From positions 165,130 through 229,129 of the IMG/VR virus record IMGVR_UViG_2710264778_000001: 64,000 nucleotides of DNA; one strand, written 5' to 3'. Source of the DNA: a virus. Lineage: Duplodnaviria; Caudoviricetes. The notes beneath the pieces are model-generated. The model saw only the letters and a program-made list of their open reading frames with translations, was not told the DNA's origin and did not search any database. A program made the position numbers and the translations under genes. This document shows positions 62,951 through 64,000 of this stretch, in pieces; position 1 is the stretch's first letter; each line of letters starts with the position of its first letter.

Positions 62951-63363
62951 TATCCAAGTTATTGAAATAGTACAAGTTCCCTTTACATGATAAATTCATA
63001 CTTGCTAAAGTTAATATAGTTAGTTGTTCACTGGTTAGTATATAGTCTCCATCTTTTATATATTTATCGTCTATCATTACGAATGTACTGTTGTTTTCTA
63101 TTTTTCAACTCTCTCACCTCCTATCCTATTTTACCATATTACACCATGGTTATATATTTGTCAACTTAGTTATATTTTGTTTTTATTATACTTGACTCAT
63201 TAATATTCAGAATTTTTTATTTTAAATAACAAAAAAGAGTGTAATAATTAATACTACACTCACATATAATTCTATATAGGCTTAAAATGCGTTTTAAAGG
63301 CTCAAATTTCAATTTTAGTAGTTAGGCGACACATAATACCTCTTAAGCTGTTAAAGGGCAAAT

Positions 63364-64000
63364 TTAGACGTTATTTTGTGTTTTAATAAATGAATTTGAT
63401 GTAAGACTATTTGTTATATAACTCATCTGGATTATAATCTTTATACCCAACGCCATTTCTTCTAAAGCATCATAATTATAATCCCTACCATCAAAGTTAT
63501 TAAAGTCAGAATTTTTTGGGATAGAAATTTCTTCTCCCCAATTTTCTCTTAGTGCGGTTTTAAGACAGCTAACAACATTTTTTATAGTAGTTTGTTTTGA
63601 GTATTCTCTTACTCTTTCCATCTCATATTCAATATATTGATAAAAACTCATATCAATTTTATGTTTTTTAATTGATTCTATAGCCATATTGGTTAATGTT
63701 GCTACTGTACCTGCTGTTAATGTACAACCTACTCTTTTCTCCATTTCTTCTACTTGTGATTGATCTACAACATCTATATCATCATCTATTTTTGTGAAAT
63801 CAGAGTTTTTTGGGAGATATAGAATTCAATAGCTCCAACTTTTCTACCATATCTTAATTCTTTAAAATTTATATCTAGACTAGTAGATTGATAATAGATT
63901 CAATTGAAGGGTTTAATATATATTTTTTTAAAAATCACTAATTGTTTATATTTATTATCATCATATATACCTAACTTATATCTTAAATCTTCTAACTCAA
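63364..64000 (-). pseudogene. Rep_3/RepB plasmid-type initiator, partial, with several frameshifts
   Basis: Fragments across frames: ELEDLRYKLGI..KY, DFKK, LNPSIESI and LDINFKELRYGRKVGAIEFYI. Confidence 0.7.

Larger units (their letters stand above)
1331..63182 (-). promoter_or_regulatory. dispersed 19-bp operator-like motif (+ strand ACTTAnTTATA(T/A)TTTRTTT)
   Basis: Copies at about 1331, 5119, 6450, 12633, 12844, 16595, 16971, 17093, 22753, 25010, 26500, 27695, 30102, 36687, 44082, 45111, 46152, 48072, 61188, 61891 and 63164. Confidence 0.7.

Noticed and set aside
1-64000. tRNA, rRNA, structural phage genes, integrase
   Set aside because: None recognised by eye. The phage assignment rests on gene content and organisation only.

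Overview
A 64-kb, very AT-rich segment with almost every gene on the minus strand. It looks like the replication, nucleotide-metabolism and accessory arm of a large Clostridium-type (SPbeta/c-st-like) temperate phage or phage-plasmid; the host is inferred, not shown. It encodes DHFR, ThyA, an ATP-dependent ligase, dUTPase, an intron-split NrdD fused to NrdG, both type IIA topoisomerase subunits, and a complete replisome (RecD2, DnaE, RecJ, primase, DnaB, Sak4-like ATPase, SSB-like protein). It also carries several free-standing homing endonucleases, an IS605-family element, an orphan TnpB, a probable iteron origin next to a Rep_3 initiator, and many small hypothetical genes. The most unusual features are: (1) a four-gene radical-SAM module with an RlmN/Cfr-like enzyme split in two, whose methyl-carrying 'ACGQL' cysteine sits on a separate, unannotated 42-aa peptide; (2) about 24 copies of a TAAAA-N6-TTTTA inverted repeat that punctuate the accessory genes like cassette boundaries; (3) an oxalate/formate-antiporter-family transporter directly upstream of the formate-dependent NrdD-NrdG fusion; (4) a recurrent 19-bp operator-like motif, often next to sigma-A promoters. 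All calls come from reading motifs by eye, and no searches were run.
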